Assembly (NCBI GenBank): GCA_965219455.1
Contig: OZ244744.1
Location: 1,056,001 to 1,120,000, forward strand
Direction: 5' to 3'
Length of the DNA stretch: 64,000 nt
DNA from: Candidatus Latescibacterota bacterium
Lineage (GTDB): Bacteria > Latescibacterota > UBA2968 > GCA-2709665
The translations under genes were made by a program, and so were the position numbers. Of the stretch, positions 59,874-64,000 are shown piece by piece (the first letter of the stretch is position 1; each line of letters starts with the position of its first letter). Below the pieces are notes generated by a model that was given only the letters and a program-made list of their open reading frames with translations, did not search any database and was not told the origin of the DNA.

Positions 59874-60452
59874 GTCCTTTTTCTTTCTCGCCAAAGAAAA
59901 AGGACCAAAAAGAACGGCGCCGCTCAAACGCCGCGGGGCCCGGGGACAAACTTGAAGGGCCACAAGGCGGGCGGTTCGCGAACCGCCCCTACAATATCCG
60001 GGCATCCGCGAATTGATATCGCCAAGCCGTAACGCTAACCGGTCCTGGCTGAATACTGATTGCCAATTGCTGCTCGCATTCAAGGATCCAGGCAAATTTC
60101 GTACGCGCTGCCATTCCAGAGCGAGATCAAAGCAGAGCGCGCGGTTCCGTCCCGCACCGAGGATCATTGTTCTTTTGTCGCTGGCAGGGCAGATATTCCG
60201 GTGCGTCCCGTGAGGTAATTCGCGCTGTGCATATGGCAGGCCCCGCGCCCAGCGGCGACTTTTGGTTCCTTTTGGTCGCTTCAAAAGGAACTCGCCGAAG
60301 GCAGGGAATCTAGGGAGATGTGGATTTTGAATCTCGTTTTGGCCATTAGCTGACCGCTGACTGCTGTTGGTTGAATGACGCACGGTATCCGTAGGGGCGA
60401 CAGGCCAGTCGCCCCTACAAAATCCGGGCATCCGTGAATTGATATCGCCAAG
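59874..60452. repeat. Composite intergenic repeat region (hairpin-ended element plus two GTAG REP units with a shared tail)
   Basis: 13-bp hairpin 59874-59905; 10-bp hairpin 60265-60291; REPs at 59969-59992 and 60391-60418; 42-bp direct repeat at 59985-60026 and 60411-60452. Confidence 0.7.
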
Positions 60453-60484
60453 GTGTATCGAGGTCCGGTAGGCGCAGGGTCGTC

Positions 60485-60520
60485 TTCTACCGTCTACCGT
60501 CTACCGTCTACCGTCTCACC
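60485..60520. repeat. Heptamer tandem repeat (CTACCGT)n
   Basis: TCTACCGTCTACCGTCTACCGTCTACCGTCTCACC directly after the glcB stop codon. Confidence 0.7.
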
Positions 60521-62687
60521 GTCCTTTCACTTGCCGCCGCCGCTGGTGCAGCACGCGTTCGGTATAGCCGTTCGGCTCGGCCGTACCCTCGAAAACCAGG
60601 TCCAGCGCGGCCTGAAAAGCGACGCTTCGCTCGAAGTCGGGCGCCATGTTCCGATAGTCCGGATCCCCGCTGTTCTGCCCGTCTACCATTCCGGCCATTT
60701 TCTCGAACGCCGCCCGCACCTGTGCTTCGCTCACGATCCCGTGACGCAGCCAGTTGGCAATATGCTGGCTGGAAATCCGCAATGTCGCCCGGTCTTCCAT
60801 CAATCCCACGTCGTTGATATCCGGCACCTTCGAGCAGCCCACGCCCTCGTCCACCCACCGCACCACGTAACCCAGAATACCCTGCGCATTGTTGATCAGT
60901 TCGCGCTGTATCTCGTCCGCCGTCAACTCCCGGTCCAGCAACGGCGGCGTCAGAATTTCGTCCAGGCTCGCCCGCTCCCGCCGGGCAAGTTCCGCCTGCC
61001 TGGCCGCCACGTCCACCCGATGATAGTGCATCGCGTGCAGAACCGCCGCCGTGGGGGACGGCACCCACGCCGTACTCGCCCCCGCCTGGGGGTGTCCGAT
61101 CTTGGTCTCCACCATTTCGCGCATCTCGTCCGGCATCGTCCACATCCCCTTCCCGATCTGCCCCCGTCCGCTGAAACCGGTCTCCACTCCCACGTCCACG
61201 TTCCAGTCCTCGTACGCCGCAAGCCAGGGCTGCGCCCTGATATCCGCCTTCGGAAACATCGGGCCGGCTTCCATGCTCGTGTGGATTTCGTCGCCGGTCC
61301 GGTCCAGAAAGCCGGTATTGATAAACACCACCCGCTCCCTCGCCTCGCGGATCGCCGCTTTCAGATTCACCGTGGTCCTTCGCTCTTCATCCATAATGCC
61401 GATCTTGACGGTATTTCGCTCCAGTCCGAGGGCCGCTTCCACGCGCTCGAACAGATCGATCGTGGCTGCGACCTCCTCGGAGCCATGCAGTTTGGGCTTC
61501 ACAATGTAAATGCTGCCCGTGCGGCTGTTGACGAATCTGCCCTGTCGCTTCAGATCGTGTTTGGCCGCGAGCACGGTAACCATCGCGTCCAGAAACCCCT
61601 CGGGAATCTCCTCCCCGCCGCTGGTGGTCACACAGTCCGTGTACATGTGGATACCCACGTTTCGCACCAGCAGGAGACTGCGTCCCGGCAGGTTCAGGGT
61701 CTCTCCTTCCGGCGCCGTAAACTCCAGGTCCGGATTCAGCCGCCGCGTCACGTCACGCCCGCCCTTCTCAAAGGTCGTCTCCAGCGTGCCCTTCATGATG
61801 CCGTTCCAATTTCCGTATACACTCGCCTTATCCTCGGCGTCGACGGCCGACACCGAGTCTTCGCAATCCTGAATCGTCGTCACCGCCGCCTCCAGCAACA
61901 CATCCTTAACACCGGCAGGATGGACGGCGCCCACCGGATGGTTCCGGTCGATCCGGATCTCGATATGAAGTCCGTTGTTCACCAGCAACACAGCCATGAG
62001 TTCGCCATCCTCCACGCGATATCCGCCCAACTGCCCGGGATTCGCCAGGCCGACCACCCCGCCCCCCTGTAACGTCGCAACGAGTCGCCTGACCCCGTCC
62101 ACGTCCTCCAGCGCAAAGCGCGTCACCTCCGAATATCGACCGGAGGTCAAGCCCGCCACGTCGTCCAGAAACGCCTCGGCCGCCGCAACCACCCTCGCCC
62201 CCCGGGCCGGGTTGTAGGCTTCCCCCTTCTCGGCGCCGGGTTCCTCGGGAATCACGTCCGTTCCGTAAAGGGCGTCGTAAAGACTGCCCCAACGCGCGTT
62301 GGCCGCGTTCAGCGCATACCGGGCATTGTCCACAGGCACCACCAGTTGGGGGCCGGCCACTGCCGCGATCTCCGGATCCACGTGGGCCGTGGTCACTTCA
62401 ATATGGTCCCCCTCAGGCGCCAGGTAGCCAATTTCCGTCAGGAACGCGCGGTAATCCTCCCGGTTGATGGACCGGCCCTTCCGCGCCCGGTACCACCGGT
62501 CCATCTTCTCCTGCATATCGTCCCGCTTTTCCAGCAATTCCCGATTCCCGGGACCCAGATCCCGGACGATCTCCCCCAGCGCCATCCAGAATGTATCCGG
62601 ATCCACCGCCGTACCCGGGGCAATCTCATCTTTGATCAGATTGTACAGAATCTCGTCCACCCTCAAGCCGCCAATCTCAACCGCCAT
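60516..62687 (-). CDS. glcB: Malate synthase G
   Basis: Motifs [51 protein letters not shown] and [12 protein letters not shown]; 723 aa. Confidence 0.97.
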   Translation of the reverse strand: MAVEIGGLRVDEILYNLIKDEIAPGTAVDPDTFWMALGEIVRDLGPGNRELLEKRDDMQEKMDRWYRARKGRSINREDYRAFLTEIGYLAPEGDHIEVTTAHVDPEIAAVAGPQLVVPVDNARYALNAANARWGSLYDALYGTDVIPEEPGAEKGEAYNPARGARVVAAAEAFLDDVAGLTSGRYSEVTRFALEDVDGVRRLVATLQGGGVVGLANPGQLGGYRVEDGELMAVLLVNNGLHIEIRIDRNHPVGAVHPAGVKDVLLEAAVTTIQDCEDSVSAVDAEDKASVYGNWNGIMKGTLETTFEKGGRDVTRRLNPDLEFTAPEGETLNLPGRSLLLVRNVGIHMYTDCVTTSGGEEIPEGFLDAMVTVLAAKHDLKRQGRFVNSRTGSIYIVKPKLHGSEEVAATIDLFERVEAALGLERNTVKIGIMDEERRTTVNLKAAIREARERVVFINTGFLDRTGDEIHTSMEAGPMFPKADIRAQPWLAAYEDWNVDVGVETGFSGRGQIGKGMWTMPDEMREMVETKIGHPQAGASTAWVPSPTAAVLHAMHYHRVDVAARQAELARRERASLDEILTPPLLDRELTADEIQRELINNAQGILGYVVRWVDEGVGCSKVPDINDVGLMEDRATLRISSQHIANWLRHGIVSEAQVRAAFEKMAGMVDGQNSGDPDYRNMAPDFERSVAFQAALDLVFEGTAEPNGYTERVLHQRRRQVKGR

Positions 62688-62811
62688 CGTTTCACTCCTT
62701 TTCTCATAGTATACGGGGTTCCGCCGTCAAGATAATCAGAACGAAAGGGCGGCACAACAGGAAGCCCCGCCCCGGCTTTCGGGTGAACCTCTTACGTTCC
62801 GCGCCGCCGGC

Positions 62812-63999
62812 TCAGCGCCGGGATTTCAACCGAAGCGCCAATTCGCGCGTTCTTCGCTTGTATCCTTCCACCCCGTCCTGAGAATACGTCAGGTCCCCTG
62901 CGGGATCGACTTCCCCGGAATCGCTGGCGTGCAGATCCTGCAACCGCCCCTTCACCGCGACCGTATCCATCAGCACGCGCATCAGCGCGCCCAGATGTCT
63001 CTCGTCCCGTCGGGCAAGGTGCAGGGTCGCGTTCGGAATCCCGCGTGCGGAAAAGTCCCGTGCCGTGCCGAGGTACGACGCCGACTGCGCCTGGCTCATC
63101 CGAAGCCCCCCGAACGCGTCAACCTCGCCTCCTGTCTCCGTTCCTTCCGGAATATGCAGATCGCGCCCAAGGTCCTCCCAATGCACGAACAGAACGGCCC
63201 GGTCCGAACGACCGCCGACAATCCCGTTCAGGACGGAATGGTTGCCGGCGGGTCCGATTGCAGGAACGACGTGGAGACCGCCTCCGCGCTCCTGAAGCGA
63301 CTCGTCGTAAAGCTGCTGGAACCAGTCTCCCGGGCGGCGATTGTCCGCGTAATTGTAGAACACCAGCGCCTGCTTCCCGCCGCACCGCTCCTGGAGATGC
63401 AGCCAACGGGCGAGGCGATAGGCGATGTTTCGCCCGTCCTGCCAGGGCAGGCCCCACCGCACGTCCGCCCAACGTGCCCCGTCCAGCATTTCCCGTACGC
63501 GCGTTCCGGGGGACGTCCCCGTGCCGGCTGTCATCGCCAGAAAGAACGTCCCCACGGGCGAAAACGCCGAAAACCTGCCTCCCACACCCTCCGGCACGGG
63601 CAACAGCGCATCGCCGTAGAAGGCCCTCTGCCTGTGCAATTCATAGAGCGCGCTTCGAGCGTCCGGTCCGGTTGTGGCTACAATGTAGCTACGCCAGTCT
63701 TTCGTGCTGAGAGGCGTGTACCGCGACAACCAGTCCCGCACGACCATCAACGCACTGACGGTTTCGCCCGTGCGCCCGGATTTGCTGATCACGTTAAACA
63801 GGCTCCGGTCCAGTATCCCGCGCCGGGTCAGCATGTCCAGCAGAGCCCGCAGCCGGCGGGGATCGAACGTATCCCCCGCGAAGTAGACTTCCGGCGCCTG
63901 GCCCCGTTCATCCGCGGACAGGAGGTTGTGGTACGCGGGATTGAGCACGTCGTGAAAAACCCGTGCGCTCAGGTCGGACCCCCCGATACCGATCGTGAC
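62812..63999 (-). CDS. pgi: Glucose-6-phosphate isomerase-like protein (5' end outside window)
   Basis: Frame is open to the window edge with IGIGGS, then VISKSG.T.ET, VGGRFS, DESL, NHS and QDGVEGYK. Confidence 0.75.
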   Translation of the reverse strand, partial: VTIGIGGSDLSARVFHDVLNPAYHNLLSADERGQAPEVYFAGDTFDPRRLRALLDMLTRRGILDRSLFNVISKSGRTGETVSALMVVRDWLSRYTPLSTKDWRSYIVATTGPDARSALYELHRQRAFYGDALLPVPEGVGGRFSAFSPVGTFFLAMTAGTGTSPGTRVREMLDGARWADVRWGLPWQDGRNIAYRLARWLHLQERCGGKQALVFYNYADNRRPGDWFQQLYDESLQERGGGLHVVPAIGPAGNHSVLNGIVGGRSDRAVLFVHWEDLGRDLHIPEGTETGGEVDAFGGLRMSQAQSASYLGTARDFSARGIPNATLHLARRDERHLGALMRVLMDTVAVKGRLQDLHASDSGEVDPAGDLTYSQDGVEGYKRRTRELALRLKSRR

Positions 64000-64000
64000 C

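Noticed and set aside
59862-60431. 189-aa ORF in the glcB downstream region
   Set aside because: Runs through REP and hairpin repeats, with no protein family signal.
54799-62072. Long antisense ORFs (54799..56244, 57647..59563, 60453..62072, also 11450..12607, 13151..14260, 21054..22028)
   Set aside because: Shadow frames opposite well-supported genes, as expected in high-GC DNA.
1-64000. CRISPR array, tRNA or rRNA genes, prophage
   Set aside because: No regularly spaced repeat-spacer array, cloverleaf, rRNA-like segment or phage structural gene was seen by eye.

Overview
GC-rich bacterial chromosomal window. Its gene content (sulfatase, heparinase-like protein, PmoA-like protein, TonB receptor, Omp85 fusions) suggests a diderm heterotroph such as Latescibacterota or Gemmatimonadota, but this is inference only. 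From left to right: (i) a 0.6-7.9 kb accessory region bracketed by two REP-ended repeats that carry a RAYT-like remnant. It contains an intact IS1380 element (TTAG duplication) that splits one 771-aa gene made of a type IV restriction-like head domain, a Vsr/DUF559-like nuclease and a nitrilase. (ii) Hydrolases, lhr helicase, HIT protein, TonB receptor and MFS transporter. (iii) An NlaIII/IceA-like restriction-modification pair. (iv) A PhoX-like phosphatase, infA, pncC, sulfatase and PmoA-like protein. (v) A TPP-riboswitch-controlled thiO-thiS-thiG-tenI-thiD-thiE operon, followed by an unannotated ~115-nt rod-shaped RNA candidate with its own promoter and T-run. (vi) A heparinase II/III-like gene. 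(vii) A 13-kb co-oriented envelope cluster of two patatin-Omp85 genes, two atypical-kinase-Omp85 genes, DUF4956 and a YjiK-like protein. (viii) A molybdoenzyme catabolic cluster interrupted by higBA, then a repeat-rich intergenic region, glcB and a partial pgi-like gene. All family calls come from motif recognition by eye; no searches were run.
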